64,000 nt of DNA. Source: an uncultured Acidobacteriota bacterium (GTDB lineage Bacteria; Acidobacteriota; Vicinamibacteria; Fen-336). Made by a program: the position numbers and the translations under genes. Below the pieces are notes generated by a model, which was not told the DNA's origin, searched no databases, and was given only the letters and a program-made list of their open reading frames with translations. Numbering within the stretch: the stretch's first letter is position 1; the number at the start of each line of letters is the position of its first letter. The stretch spans positions 800,001 to 864,000 of the forward strand of contig OY970399.1 of assembly GCA_963720545.1 (NCBI GenBank), read 5' to 3'. Shown piece by piece: positions 47,905 through 58,116 of this stretch.

Positions 47905-48930
47905 ATGCCCAACCTGATGCGCGCCGCCGTGGTTCACGCCTTCGATCAGGCACTCGTGATCGAGCAAGTGCCGATTCCGAGTCCCGGCCCCGGGCAGGTT
48001 CTTGTCAAGATCGAGGCCTCGGGTGTCTGCCACACCGACCTGCATGCGGCCCGCGGCGACTGGCCCATCAAACCGGCGCTGCCATTCATACCGGGCCACG
48101 AAGGCGCGGGCTTCGTCGCGGCACTCGGTGCAGGAGTTGAGGGCTTTCAGGAAGGCGACCGAGTCGGGATTCCGTGGCTGCATTCGGCGTGCGGCCGGTG
48201 CTCCTATTGCGTAGGCGGTTGGGAAACGCTGTGCCAAGCGCAAACCAACACGGGCTATTCAGTCAATGGCGGCTTCGCAGAGTACGCCTTGGCCGAGGCG
48301 GCTTATGCAGCACCCATCCCCGCGACAATCAGCCTTACGGACGCTGCGCCGATATTGTGCGCCGGGGTAACGACCTACAAGGCCCTCAAAGAAACCGGCG
48401 CCAGACCCGGCGAGTGGGTGCTCATCTCCGGGATTGGGGGTTTGGGTCATATGGCGGTTCAGTACGCCCGCGCGATGGGCCTGCGCGTCGTCGCGATGGA
48501 CGTGACCAAGGAAAAGCTTTCGCTGGCCCACGAACTTGGTGCGGAGATCATGATCGACGCCCGGTCTGCGGACGCCGCGACGCGAGTTCAGTCGGCGACC
48601 GGCGGAGTACAAGGTGCGGTCGTTACGGCTGTTTGTGCGCCCGCCTTCCGCCAGGCGCTCGACATGGTGCGGCGCGGCGGCACCTGTGTGCTCGTGGGCC
48701 TGCCCCCGGGCGATTTCTCGATCCCCATCTTCGACGTGGTTTTGAAGCGCCTGACGATCCGTGGCTCGATCGTGGGCACGCGCAACGATCTTGCGGAGGC
48801 GTTTGCGCTCGCAACAAACGGCGGCGTCACTGCGAGATACGAGGTGCAGCCGCTCGAGTGCGTCAACACTGTGTTTGAGCGAATGCAGAGTGGCGTCATT
48901 GCCGGCCGCGTTGTTCTGGGGATGCGGTGA
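47905..48930 (+). CDS. adhP: Zn-dependent alcohol dehydrogenase, AdhP type
   Basis: [42 protein letters not shown]. Confidence 0.92.
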   Translation: MPNLMRAAVVHAFDQALVIEQVPIPSPGPGQVLVKIEASGVCHTDLHAARGDWPIKPALPFIPGHEGAGFVAALGAGVEGFQEGDRVGIPWLHSACGRCSYCVGGWETLCQAQTNTGYSVNGGFAEYALAEAAYAAPIPATISLTDAAPILCAGVTTYKALKETGARPGEWVLISGIGGLGHMAVQYARAMGLRVVAMDVTKEKLSLAHELGAEIMIDARSADAATRVQSATGGVQGAVVTAVCAPAFRQALDMVRRGGTCVLVGLPPGDFSIPIFDVVLKRLTIRGSIVGTRNDLAEAFALATNGGVTARYEVQPLECVNTVFERMQSGVIAGRVVLGMR

Positions 48931-50345
48931 TGACCGACGCCTCGTGGACAAACGAGATCGCGTCGTATTACCGCTCTTCTTCCGTCAGGCATCGCCTCTC
49001 GGAAGCTTGCGGCGGGCAGGACGGCTCGCCGGACTCCTTCTCCAGCTGGAGTCTCGCAGCCTTCGGCGGCGCGCGCCGGCGATTCGAAGTAGACGGCGGC
49101 CCGGTGCCCTTCGGCAACGCCGACTTCAGCAGCATCCTCGACGAGGGCGCGGACTTGTGCCGGTCGCTGGCCGATCGCGGCGGCACACTGATCGTGCTGG
49201 ACGTCGATTACGTAAGCCCGGATAACGCCATCGAGGCATATTCCTCGCCGGCGATGGTGTTCCGCCGTCTCGAGCCGGTTCACCAAGCTGTGCTCCAGTT
49301 CTTCAGAGCACACGGCCTCGAACCCCGCGCAATTGGTACGGGACGGGGATATCACTACTCCTTGCGTGCACCTCTTGGCAGCGCGTTCCGAAGCAAGCTC
49401 GTTGCAATCGGCTCCGCGGGCGTACGCACCCTGCCGCGCGTGCGCCCCCCGCAACTCAGTCCCATGACAGTCCTGGACATGGAACACGCGCATGAAGGCG
49501 CCGGGCGTCTCCTGGAACACATCGCTCACCGCTTGATGCACCGGCTTCGCGGTGCAACCGAAGTGCCGGTAACGCTCGCTGACGTGCCGCCCCCTGGTCG
49601 CGGCCCGTTCATCTGTCTCGACCTCAGCGCCCACGGTGATCCCCTGTTCACGCGCCACATCCGCTGCGCCTTCTCGACCAACCAGAAGGCGGGAATCATG
49701 GAACTGCCTGGAGTACCGCCATTCACGGTCGCCCTTTCCCGCCGGGACGAACCGCTCGCGATGTTCCTGAGCGCGCGGCGCGACCCGACGGGCGCCACTT
49801 GCTGGGCGGCAATGGGCCGCGCCACTATCCCCGATGTCAGCGAGGCCGGAACTCTCTTGATGGATTACGAGAACGGCGCTGTCGCCCGGTTCCATCATGA
49901 GTTCGATAGCGGCCCAGCGGAGCTGTCGTCCTCGTGGCCGACGCGCCAGGATGAGTTCGAAGTCGCCGATCTCCCGGCATGCATGAGCACGCCCTTCGCT
50001 AATCCCAACCCCCTCTTGCTTCGTCCTTCGTGCCTGCGCTCCGTGGCACTCGGCATGTTGGGGCTTGGCGAGAGCCCGCGCGCAATCGCCGACGCCGTGA
50101 GCGTCGTCTATCGGGAAGAGCACGGTTGGCAACCGCCGTTCTCGCATTACGACGCCGCTCGCCGCGCGAATTTCTACGTGCGCGTGCTGTGCGGGGCGCT
50201 CGCCGACGGCCTCGATTCCGCGGCGCAGTTCTCGTGCGCGACCCAGGCTACACGCAACCTCTGCTTTCCCGGGCGCTGCAGCCAACCGGCACGGACCCTG
50301 TTTGCGTCGCTTGGCACGCTGGCCCAATTGAGGGCTCAACGGTGA
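48927..50345 (+). CDS. Putative archaeo-eukaryotic primase with fused PriL-like 4-Cys domain
   Basis: [29 protein letters not shown]-terminal LPACM..FSCxxxxxxxxCxxxxC. Confidence 0.6.
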   Translation: MMTDASWTNEIASYYRSSSVRHRLSEACGGQDGSPDSFSSWSLAAFGGARRRFEVDGGPVPFGNADFSSILDEGADLCRSLADRGGTLIVLDVDYVSPDNAIEAYSSPAMVFRRLEPVHQAVLQFFRAHGLEPRAIGTGRGYHYSLRAPLGSAFRSKLVAIGSAGVRTLPRVRPPQLSPMTVLDMEHAHEGAGRLLEHIAHRLMHRLRGATEVPVTLADVPPPGRGPFICLDLSAHGDPLFTRHIRCAFSTNQKAGIMELPGVPPFTVALSRRDEPLAMFLSARRDPTGATCWAAMGRATIPDVSEAGTLLMDYENGAVARFHHEFDSGPAELSSSWPTRQDEFEVADLPACMSTPFANPNPLLLRPSCLRSVALGMLGLGESPRAIADAVSVVYREEHGWQPPFSHYDAARRANFYVRVLCGALADGLDSAAQFSCATQATRNLCFPGRCSQPARTLFASLGTLAQLRAQR

Positions 50346-51235
50346 TTCTCGTGCCTGGCATTTCCACCGGTATCCACTATCGCCGGCCGATCGGCGACTG
50401 CTTGCCGGCGATTCGCGAAGCGGGATTTACTCTGATCGAGGTATCGACCGCGCCTGATCATTTCGCTTACGGCAGCGCAACGGCAGTGCGGCAGCTCGCG
50501 GCCGCCGTCGCCAGCGAGGGCCTTCGGGTCCACTCCCTGCATGCTCCTTTCGGCCACGACATCGACATAACGAGCGAAAGCGAGTCGGCTCGCCGTCACG
50601 CGCTCGACAAGCTGAAGTCTGCGGCCGACGCTTTGGCGGCCCTTGGCGGCAAGATCCTGGTGGTCCATCCAGGCAGCGAGAATCCTCGCTGGGCGTGGGA
50701 GCGAGAACCCAGTATTCAACGCGCCGTGCACGGCATGCGATCGCTCGCGGCCGCGTGCTCGGATCGTGGCTTGACGCTCGCCATCGAGACCGCGCTGCCA
50801 CACCTGCTCGGCGGCAACGTCGGCGAACTCGACTGGATTCTCGAACAAGTGCCTGGCGCTCATGTGGGCGTCTGTATCGACACGTCGCACTGCTCGCTCG
50901 GCGGCACTCTATTCGATGCGTTCGCACGCTTCGCGCCAAGGCTCGTCCACCTCCAGGCGAGCGACAACCACGGCGTCACCGATGATCATTTGCCGCCGGG
51001 AAACGGGTTGGTCGATTGGCCGCGTGTTCGCGCCACCCTCGACGCTGTCCACTACCGTGGCTGTTTCATGCTCGAGATCAGCGGCGACGATGACGTGAGG
51101 AAGGAAACGCGCGCGGCTGCCGCCAGTGCGCAACACGCCCTCGATCCGGCGCGCGTCACTGAAGTTATGCACCGCGAAGCGGCCGCCTTGGCCAATTCGA
51201 TTGAAAGGAGTTCGCCATGGTCCTACAACGACTGA
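50342..51235 (+). CDS. AP endonuclease 2 / xylose-isomerase-like TIM barrel
   Basis: SLHAPF, VVHPG, AIET, CIDTSH, ASDN, DDHLPPG, MLE; GTGA overlap with preceding gene. Confidence 0.85.
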   Translation: MILVPGISTGIHYRRPIGDCLPAIREAGFTLIEVSTAPDHFAYGSATAVRQLAAAVASEGLRVHSLHAPFGHDIDITSESESARRHALDKLKSAADALAALGGKILVVHPGSENPRWAWEREPSIQRAVHGMRSLAAACSDRGLTLAIETALPHLLGGNVGELDWILEQVPGAHVGVCIDTSHCSLGGTLFDAFARFAPRLVHLQASDNHGVTDDHLPPGNGLVDWPRVRATLDAVHYRGCFMLEISGDDDVRKETRAAAASAQHALDPARVTEVMHREAAALANSIERSSPWSYND

Positions 51236-52209
51236 ACATCCAACGCGTGCTTTGCGCCGTCGATTTCTCGGAGTTTTCCGCCCAGGCGCAGGAACGGGCA
51301 GCAGCTATCGGGGGTTGGTTCGACGCCGAGCTGATGCTCGTACATGCGGTGCAGCCCATCATCGGCTGCGTTCCGCCTGACGGCGGCGTGCCTTACATAG
51401 CAATGACCACGGACATTCTGACTATTCAACAGCAGGAGGCCCGGCGCAGCCTGGAAGACGCCGCCAGACTGCTGCGCGAACGTGGCATGCGTGTGGAGAC
51501 GCGAGTGGTGGTGGACAGCCCCGCAACTGCAATCGCGGCGGCCGCCGCCGCATGGCCGGCGGATCTCGTCGTCATGGGAACCCACGGGCGCGCGGGTTTC
51601 GCTCATCTGCTGCTCGGCTCGGTCGCCGAACGGGTGCTGCGCACGGCACCTTGTCCCGTCCTGGTGGTGGGTAGAGAGACTGCGCAAAGCCCGTGGAGCC
51701 CGCTGTTCAGCCGGATCCTGTGTGCTGTGGATCTGACGGAAGCCTCCGAGCGAACCATCGACACGGCCTTCTCTGTTGCCGCTGAAACCCAGGCCACAAT
51801 CACGATGCTGCACGTAGTCGAAAGCCTGACCGGCAATAGTGCTGCAGTCCTCGGAATCCCCGAAACCGACCCTGCTTCGGTGCACTCCGAACTGAGAAAT
51901 CGTGCAGCCGCGAGACTGCTTCGAACCGTCCCCGATGCGACGGGGCGTTACTGCGAGATTTCCCAGCGTATCGAGATTGGCAGCGCCTGGCGGTCGATCG
52001 TGAAGGTCGCTGAGGAATTGGCGTCCGATGTCATAGTGGTGGGCGCACACGGCGGCTGGGGCGCAGGCCGGATGTTCCTGGGGTCGACCGCGAACCAGGT
52101 CGTCCGCCATGCCCACTGCCCCGTGCTCGTGGTGCGAGAGTCGAATGCGCGGCATGCGATGCCGCAACCCACGTTGAACGGCCCAGCGACTCGCCTAAAG
52201 CCCGCGTAG
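51217..52209 (+). CDS. Tandem-domain universal stress protein
   Basis: VLCAVDFS, MGTHGR..LGSVAE, GAHG..LGSTANQV; AGGAG RBS. Confidence 0.92.
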   Translation: MVLQRLNIQRVLCAVDFSEFSAQAQERAAAIGGWFDAELMLVHAVQPIIGCVPPDGGVPYIAMTTDILTIQQQEARRSLEDAARLLRERGMRVETRVVVDSPATAIAAAAAAWPADLVVMGTHGRAGFAHLLLGSVAERVLRTAPCPVLVVGRETAQSPWSPLFSRILCAVDLTEASERTIDTAFSVAAETQATITMLHVVESLTGNSAAVLGIPETDPASVHSELRNRAAARLLRTVPDATGRYCEISQRIEIGSAWRSIVKVAEELASDVIVVGAHGGWGAGRMFLGSTANQVVRHAHCPVLVVRESNARHAMPQPTLNGPATRLKPA

Positions 52210-52254
52210 TCGTGTCGGCGATCAGCCGCTGACGGCAATAGGAACACCGTTACA

Positions 52255-53775
52255 ATGACGCTGCAGCTACCAGCGCAGTCTCGTTTTTATCCTGCCATGG
52301 AACTTCCCCGGCTCATTGAATTGCTCGAACTGGCGCCGGACGCGACTGTTGTCGTCGATCGCGCTGGCCGGATCGTGCGCATCAATGGAACGGCCGAGCG
52401 CTTGCTCGGCTACCACAATGGCGAGCTCGGCGGGCAGCCGATCGAGATTCTGGTGCCAGGTCGGCTCAAGGAGGCTCACCGCTCCCATCGCAACGCGTAT
52501 CTCGCGTCTCCGGAAGTACGTTCGATGGGTGCCGCGCTCGATCTGCACTGCCGCCGCAAGGACGGCAGCGAGTTCCCAACGGACATTAGCCTCAGCCCGC
52601 TGGAGACCACGGAGGGCCCGCTTGTAATCGCTGCCATACGCGACACCACCGAGCGCCGACGTCTCGAACGAGCACTGCACCTAAGTACAGAACGCTTCCG
52701 GTTGCTGGTCGATTCAGTGGAGGAGTACGCGATCTTCATGCTTGATCGAGAAGGCCGCGTCGCCACCTGGAACCGCGGCGCCCAGCGGATCAAAGGCTAC
52801 GCGGCGCAGGAGATCATTGGCCAACCGTTCGCCATCTTCCATGCGCAGGAAGACATTGCTCTCGGTAAACCGCGTAAGGCTCTCGCGTACGCGGCGGAAC
52901 ATGGCGAGTTTCGCGAAGAGGCTTGGCGCGTACGCAAGGATGGCTCGCGATTCCGCGCGGACGTGACGATCACGCGACTGTCCGACGAACGGGGCACGTT
53001 GCTGGGGTATGCCAAGGTGACACGCGACGTCAGCGCGCGCACTCGTGCCGAGGATGAGCGTCGTCGGGCGGTGGAGGCGCGCGAGGAGATCCTGGCACTC
53101 GTCGCTCATGACCTGCAGAACGCCGTCAACGCGTTGGTCCTCAACGCCGAAGTGATAACGCGTACCTCGCCTGTGACCGCCACCGAGACGGCGATGCAAG
53201 CCGCGGGAGTCACCGTGGCACGGTCGGCCGAAGGCATGAAGCGCCTGATCCGCGACCTCCTGGATGTGCAGCAGATAGAGCTTGGCAGTTTCACGATCGA
53301 GCCTCGGACCGAGCCGGTGGCAGGCTTGGCGGAAGCCGCAATCGAGCCGCTCCTTATCGTGGCGCACGAGCGTTCCATTCGGCTAGTCCTCGAGCTCGAT
53401 CCGGACGTGCCTCTTGTTTCCTGTGACGCCGAGCGTGTGGTGCAGGTGCTCCACAATTTGATTGGCAACGCCATCAAATTTGCGGACGAGGGCGGGGTGG
53501 TGACGCTGTGCACGGCTACTTCGCCCGCCGGTGTTCGTTTCAGCGTCTCGGATGGCGGTCCAGGTATGGCGCCCGAAGAACTGCCATTTGTTTTCGATCG
53601 GTCCTGGCGAGCTCCTCAAAACAAGCTGCAGCGCGGCTCCGGCCTGGGGTTGTTCATCGTGAAGACCATTGTCGAGGCCCACGGTGGCCGCGTTTGGGTT
53701 GAGAGCCAACTCGGCGGCGGCACGACATTCTTCTTCACGCTCCCAGTCGCGAGCTCAACGTCCCGGCTTCCGTAA
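52255..53775 (+). CDS. Cytoplasmic two-PAS sensor histidine kinase
   Basis: Two PAS/PAC domains, AHDLQN, NLIGNAIKF, DGGPG, GSGLGL. Confidence 0.92.
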   Translation: MTLQLPAQSRFYPAMELPRLIELLELAPDATVVVDRAGRIVRINGTAERLLGYHNGELGGQPIEILVPGRLKEAHRSHRNAYLASPEVRSMGAALDLHCRRKDGSEFPTDISLSPLETTEGPLVIAAIRDTTERRRLERALHLSTERFRLLVDSVEEYAIFMLDREGRVATWNRGAQRIKGYAAQEIIGQPFAIFHAQEDIALGKPRKALAYAAEHGEFREEAWRVRKDGSRFRADVTITRLSDERGTLLGYAKVTRDVSARTRAEDERRRAVEAREEILALVAHDLQNAVNALVLNAEVITRTSPVTATETAMQAAGVTVARSAEGMKRLIRDLLDVQQIELGSFTIEPRTEPVAGLAEAAIEPLLIVAHERSIRLVLELDPDVPLVSCDAERVVQVLHNLIGNAIKFADEGGVVTLCTATSPAGVRFSVSDGGPGMAPEELPFVFDRSWRAPQNKLQRGSGLGLFIVKTIVEAHGGRVWVESQLGGGTTFFFTLPVASSTSRLP

Positions 53776-53790
53776 TCACCGCGACGGCCA

Positions 53791-53892
53791 CGCACATTCT
53801 GCGCCGCCCTTGTTGCCGGACGGCAACACTTGCGTTCAAACCGACTTGCTGTGCCATATAGGCGGTGTTTTGGACCGGGCACGTCGGTTGCA
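53791..53892 (+). promoter_or_regulatory. sigma54 promoter with paired upstream sites
   Basis: CGCACATTCTGCG (53791), GGCAACACTTGCG (53822), GGGCAC-GTCGG-TTGCA (53877-53892). Confidence 0.75.
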
Positions 53893-53914
53893 AACGCAGG
53901 TGCCGGAGGTTGCA

Positions 53915-54913
53915 ATGCAGGGTGCCAGTATCCATGTCCAGCACATCGTCTGCCCCACCGATTTCTCAGCGATGTCCGAGAATGCGCTCCGACACGCCAT
54001 TGCCATGGCGCGCGTCCTTGGCGCCGGAATCACAATCCTGCACGTCCTGCCACCAGAAGCAGGTCCGTATGCCACGGCGGTGTTGCCCTACCTCCTACCC
54101 GAGGAACTCACCGATCCCGAAGCGCGGCACACGGCGCTCGCCGCGCTCGAACGTTTTGCGCAGCCGGCGCTCGACGCCCACATTCCCACGGTCCTCGATG
54201 TGCGCGTGGGCGATGCATGGCGGGGTATCACGGCGGCTGCTCGCGAACAGCATGCCGGGCTCATCGTGATGGGCACACGAGGCATTTCAGGCGCCCGCCG
54301 GCTCCTGACTGGCTCTGTGACGGACAAGGTGTTGCGCCACTTGCCGTGCGCCGTCATGACCGTATGCCACGAAGAGGGTCGCTCCTGGTCGGCTCCGGAG
54401 TTGATCCAACACATCGTGTGCGCGACCGATCTTGGGGAGACCTCCGATGCGCCCGTGGCTTTTGCCGCTCTGCTTGCTGGTATTCGCCACGCCGAACTCA
54501 CCGTCCTGCATGTGGTCGGGGAAGAGCTGAATCCCAGTGTCGCTCAGCATCCGTGGGCGCCCGAGTTCGGGCCGATCGCCGACTATGCCGGGCCCGCGCT
54601 ACTCGAGAGTTTCCACGACGCAATCGCCGCAAGCGATGCAGCGGAACACACGCACAGCAAGGTGGCTTGCGGCGTCATTCACGACGAGATCTTGCGCGTC
54701 GCGGCCGCAGAGCGTGCTGACCTCATCGTTATCGGCACACACGTTCGCGGCCCGTTAGGCCGCACTATCCTCGGCGCCACATGCGATCGAGTGGTTCGCG
54801 AGGCCACCTGTCCGGTGCTCGTTGTGCCGATGCGGAAGCGTTCAGAAACGACGCGTCATGCAGAGCCAACCGGTATGGTCCTCAGCGGCACGCGCCGCAG
54901 CCAAGAACGGTAG
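53915..54913 (+). CDS. Tandem-domain universal stress protein
   Basis: IVCPTDFS, MGTRG..GSVTD, GATCDRVV; GGAGG RBS. Confidence 0.92.
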   Translation: MQGASIHVQHIVCPTDFSAMSENALRHAIAMARVLGAGITILHVLPPEAGPYATAVLPYLLPEELTDPEARHTALAALERFAQPALDAHIPTVLDVRVGDAWRGITAAAREQHAGLIVMGTRGISGARRLLTGSVTDKVLRHLPCAVMTVCHEEGRSWSAPELIQHIVCATDLGETSDAPVAFAALLAGIRHAELTVLHVVGEELNPSVAQHPWAPEFGPIADYAGPALLESFHDAIAASDAAEHTHSKVACGVIHDEILRVAAAERADLIVIGTHVRGPLGRTILGATCDRVVREATCPVLVVPMRKRSETTRHAEPTGMVLSGTRRSQER

Positions 54914-55777
54914 ATGCTTCGGTTGCTCTGGTACTTCGCCGCCGTCGTTGCCCTTAGCGCCGTCGCGGTTGTCATTGCTTCCGGCACCGATCGGTTGAGG
55001 AAACGCGTAGCGTCTGAAACAAGCGCGCTCTGGTCGGGCATTGGAGGAATGGGAGACGTCGATCGCGAGGCACTTGACTCGCTGCCAGTGCCTGCGAGGG
55101 CGTATCTGACCAAGGCACTTGGGCGCAGGCGCCGGGCGGTGCAAGCCGTACGCTTCCGCCACAGCGGACGTTTTCGCACCTCATTGACCGGACCGTGGCG
55201 GAAGATCCGGGGCGTGCAGTACGAGGGCGCTAACCCGCCGGGATTCGTATGGTGGGGGCGGCTGAAGCTCTTTCCCGGACTGTGGGTCGATGCGCGCGAC
55301 CGCTCGCAAAACGGCACCGGCGGAATGCTGATCGTGGCCGAAGCGCTGATGCCGGTTGTGAATCGCCTCGGCCCGGAGCTGGATCAGGGAGCAATGTTGC
55401 GACTGCTCTCCGACTTCGTCTTGTTTCCCACGGCACTGCTTGACACGCGCCACGTGTCCTGGACCCCGATCGACAATTCGACCGCACAGATTACTCTCAC
55501 GATTGGCGAATGCAGTGTAAGCGGAGTCTTCACTTTCGGCGCCGACGCTCTTCCCACGCGATTTTCGGCATATCGCTACTTCGACGACGGCAAGAACTTG
55601 CCAACGCTGCTTGCTTGGTCCGGCGAATACTTGGACTATCGCGAAGTCGATGACGGCATGCTGGTACCCTTCCGTTATCTCGGCTACTGGCACAAGGACG
55701 GCAAGGCCGTGCCGTATGTCGACTTCATCCTGGAACGGCCGGAGTACGATAAGCCGCAACCCTACGGCGCTCCATGA
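54914..55777 (+). CDS. Membrane-anchored hypothetical protein (DUF6544-like)
   Basis: N-terminal TM, LPVPARAYL, PPGFVW, GPELDQG..RLL. Confidence 0.65.
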   Translation: MLRLLWYFAAVVALSAVAVVIASGTDRLRKRVASETSALWSGIGGMGDVDREALDSLPVPARAYLTKALGRRRRAVQAVRFRHSGRFRTSLTGPWRKIRGVQYEGANPPGFVWWGRLKLFPGLWVDARDRSQNGTGGMLIVAEALMPVVNRLGPELDQGAMLRLLSDFVLFPTALLDTRHVSWTPIDNSTAQITLTIGECSVSGVFTFGADALPTRFSAYRYFDDGKNLPTLLAWSGEYLDYREVDDGMLVPFRYLGYWHKDGKAVPYVDFILERPEYDKPQPYGAP

Positions 55778-58116
55778 CGAATTTTGCCTCCCTAGACGCC
55801 TACATTCGCGCGGCCAACTTCATAACCGTTGGCCAGATCTATCTGCTCGATAACCCTCTACTGCGCGAGCCGCTCCGGCCGGAACACGTCAAGTCGCGGC
55901 TCCTTGGCCACTGGGGAACTTCGCCGGGAATAAACCTCATTTACGCCCACCTCAACAGGGCGATCATCCGCGATGACTTGAACGTGCTGTTCATGGCCGG
56001 GCCCGGGCACGGTGGTCCCGCGGTCGTCGCGAACGCATATCTGGAAGGCACATACTCCGAGGTCTTTCCGGCTGTCGCCCAGGATGCGGCTGGCTTACGC
56101 GCGCTTTTTCGCCAGTTCTCGACGCCTGGAGGAATACCGAGCCACGCCGGCCCGACGACCCCGGGCTCCATTCACGAAGGCGGCGAATTGGGTTATGTCC
56201 TCACCCATGCTTTTGGCGCTGCTTTTGACAATCCAGACCTGATCGTCGCCGCCGTGATTGGCGACGGCGAAGCAGAAACCGGGCCGCTTGAGGGGTCGTG
56301 GAAAGGCATCAGCTTTCTCAATCCTTGTCGGGATGGTGCCGTATTACCCATCCTTCACCTGAACGGATACAAGATCGCCGGCCCGACGGTTCTCGGGCGC
56401 TCCTGCGATGCGGACATCGCGAGTCTGCTCGCCGGTCATGGCTACAAGGCACATTTTGTCGCTGGCCATGAGCCGATGGCTGTACACGCGGACCTCGCCC
56501 ACACACTGGACGAGTGTCTTGCCGAGATTCGCGCGATCCAGGACGAAGCACGCGCCGCCGGACACGTGAACACTCGGCCGCGGTGGCCGGCCCTGGTTCT
56601 GCGTACGCCCAAGGGCTGGACCGGCCCGCAACAGGTTGATGGTCTGCAGATCGAGGGGACGTTTCGAGCGCACCAGGTGCCAGTTGACCAGGTACGCACC
56701 AACCCCGGCCATCTGGCCGAACTCGAACGCTGGCTTCGCAGCTACCGGCCAGAGGAACTTTTCGACGCCTCCGGCGCGCTCAACCCGGCGCTCAGTGTGG
56801 TCTTGCCTAGAGGCGAAAGGCGCATGAGCGCGAACCCGCATGCCAACGGCGGAAGGCGTTGCACGCCTCTGATGTTGCCGGATGTCGCGGCGTATTCGCT
56901 GGCAGTGCCTCTTCCCGGTCAGGTTGTCGCCGAATCAACGCGACAGCTCGGTTTGTTGTTGCGTGATACGTATCGCGACAACCCCCACACTTTCCGCCTC
57001 TTCTGTCCCGACGAGACTAATTCCAACCGATTGGGCGGTGTGTTTGAGTCGGAGGCCCGTTGTCTGGTCGCTTCTCCGCACGCCGAAGACGATCACGTGT
57101 CGGCGCACGGCCGCGTAATGGAGGTCCTGAGCGAACATAACTGCCAAGGCTGGCTCGAGGGGTACGTTCTCACCGGTCGTCACGGCCTGTTCGCAACCTA
57201 CGAGGCGTTCGCGCTGATCGTGGCGTCGATGGCGACACAGCACGCCAAGTGGCTTGAGGCGTGCGCCGAACTCGACTGGCGTGCGCCGGTCCCGTCGCTC
57301 AACTACCTGCTCACTTCGACCTGCTGGCGCAACGACCACAATGGCTTCAGCCATCAGGGGCCCGGCTTCATGGACACAGTGCTCACCAAGCAGGGACAGG
57401 TCGCGCGTGTGTACCTGGCGCCCGATGCCAACTGCCTGCTGTCGGTGGCCGATCACTGCCTGCGCAGCCGAAACTACGTCAACTTGATCATCATCGACAA
57501 ACAACCGCAGTTGCAGTGGCTCGATCCTGCCGCGGCGGCCGCTCACTGCGCCCGCGGTGCGTCTATATGGGACTGGGCTGGCACCGAGTCGGATCAGCCA
57601 CCGGATGTCGTCCTTGCGTGCGCCGGCGACACCGCAACCCTCGAAACAATCGCAGCGGCGGAATGGCTCCGCAGCCGCGCGCCGACGCTGCGGGTTCGCG
57701 TGGTCAACGTCGTCAACTTGATGACGCTGGCAAGCCCGGACATCCACCCCCATGGGCTGAGTGAGCCGCGCTTCGTGGAGCTGTTCGGGCGGGACCGCCC
57801 GGTGATATTCGCCTTCCACGGCTACCCGGGAGCGGTGCATCAGCTCCTGCACGGCCGACCGCATCCACAGCGATTCCACGTTCGCGGCTACAAGGAACGA
57901 GGCACGACCACGACGCCATTCGACATGGTCGTGCTAAACGAGACGAGCCGTTTCCATCTCGCCATTGAAGCGTTGCGTCGTGCGGCCCAGCGACCAGAGG
58001 GGGCGTCGTTGTTGATCGAGGAGTGCCGCGCCGCGCTTCGCGAGCATCACGCTTACGTCCGGGAGCACTTCGAGGACATGCCGTCGATACGCAATTTCAG
58101 GTGGCATGGCCGCTGA
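55774..58116 (+). CDS. xfp: Phosphoketolase
   Basis: GHWGT, GPGHG, HEGGELG, GDGEAET, HNGFSHQ, GTTTTPFDM. Confidence 0.96.
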   Translation: MTNFASLDAYIRAANFITVGQIYLLDNPLLREPLRPEHVKSRLLGHWGTSPGINLIYAHLNRAIIRDDLNVLFMAGPGHGGPAVVANAYLEGTYSEVFPAVAQDAAGLRALFRQFSTPGGIPSHAGPTTPGSIHEGGELGYVLTHAFGAAFDNPDLIVAAVIGDGEAETGPLEGSWKGISFLNPCRDGAVLPILHLNGYKIAGPTVLGRSCDADIASLLAGHGYKAHFVAGHEPMAVHADLAHTLDECLAEIRAIQDEARAAGHVNTRPRWPALVLRTPKGWTGPQQVDGLQIEGTFRAHQVPVDQVRTNPGHLAELERWLRSYRPEELFDASGALNPALSVVLPRGERRMSANPHANGGRRCTPLMLPDVAAYSLAVPLPGQVVAESTRQLGLLLRDTYRDNPHTFRLFCPDETNSNRLGGVFESEARCLVASPHAEDDHVSAHGRVMEVLSEHNCQGWLEGYVLTGRHGLFATYEAFALIVASMATQHAKWLEACAELDWRAPVPSLNYLLTSTCWRNDHNGFSHQGPGFMDTVLTKQGQVARVYLAPDANCLLSVADHCLRSRNYVNLIIIDKQPQLQWLDPAAAAAHCARGASIWDWAGTESDQPPDVVLACAGDTATLETIAAAEWLRSRAPTLRVRVVNVVNLMTLASPDIHPHGLSEPRFVELFGRDRPVIFAFHGYPGAVHQLLHGRPHPQRFHVRGYKERGTTTTPFDMVVLNETSRFHLAIEALRRAAQRPEGASLLIEECRAALREHHAYVREHFEDMPSIRNFRWHGR

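Noticed and set aside
48927..50345. Primase-like gene as the island's replication initiator
   Set aside because: No helicase, origin-like iterons or mobility genes nearby, and it is embedded in the adhP-USP operon; not excluded but unsupported
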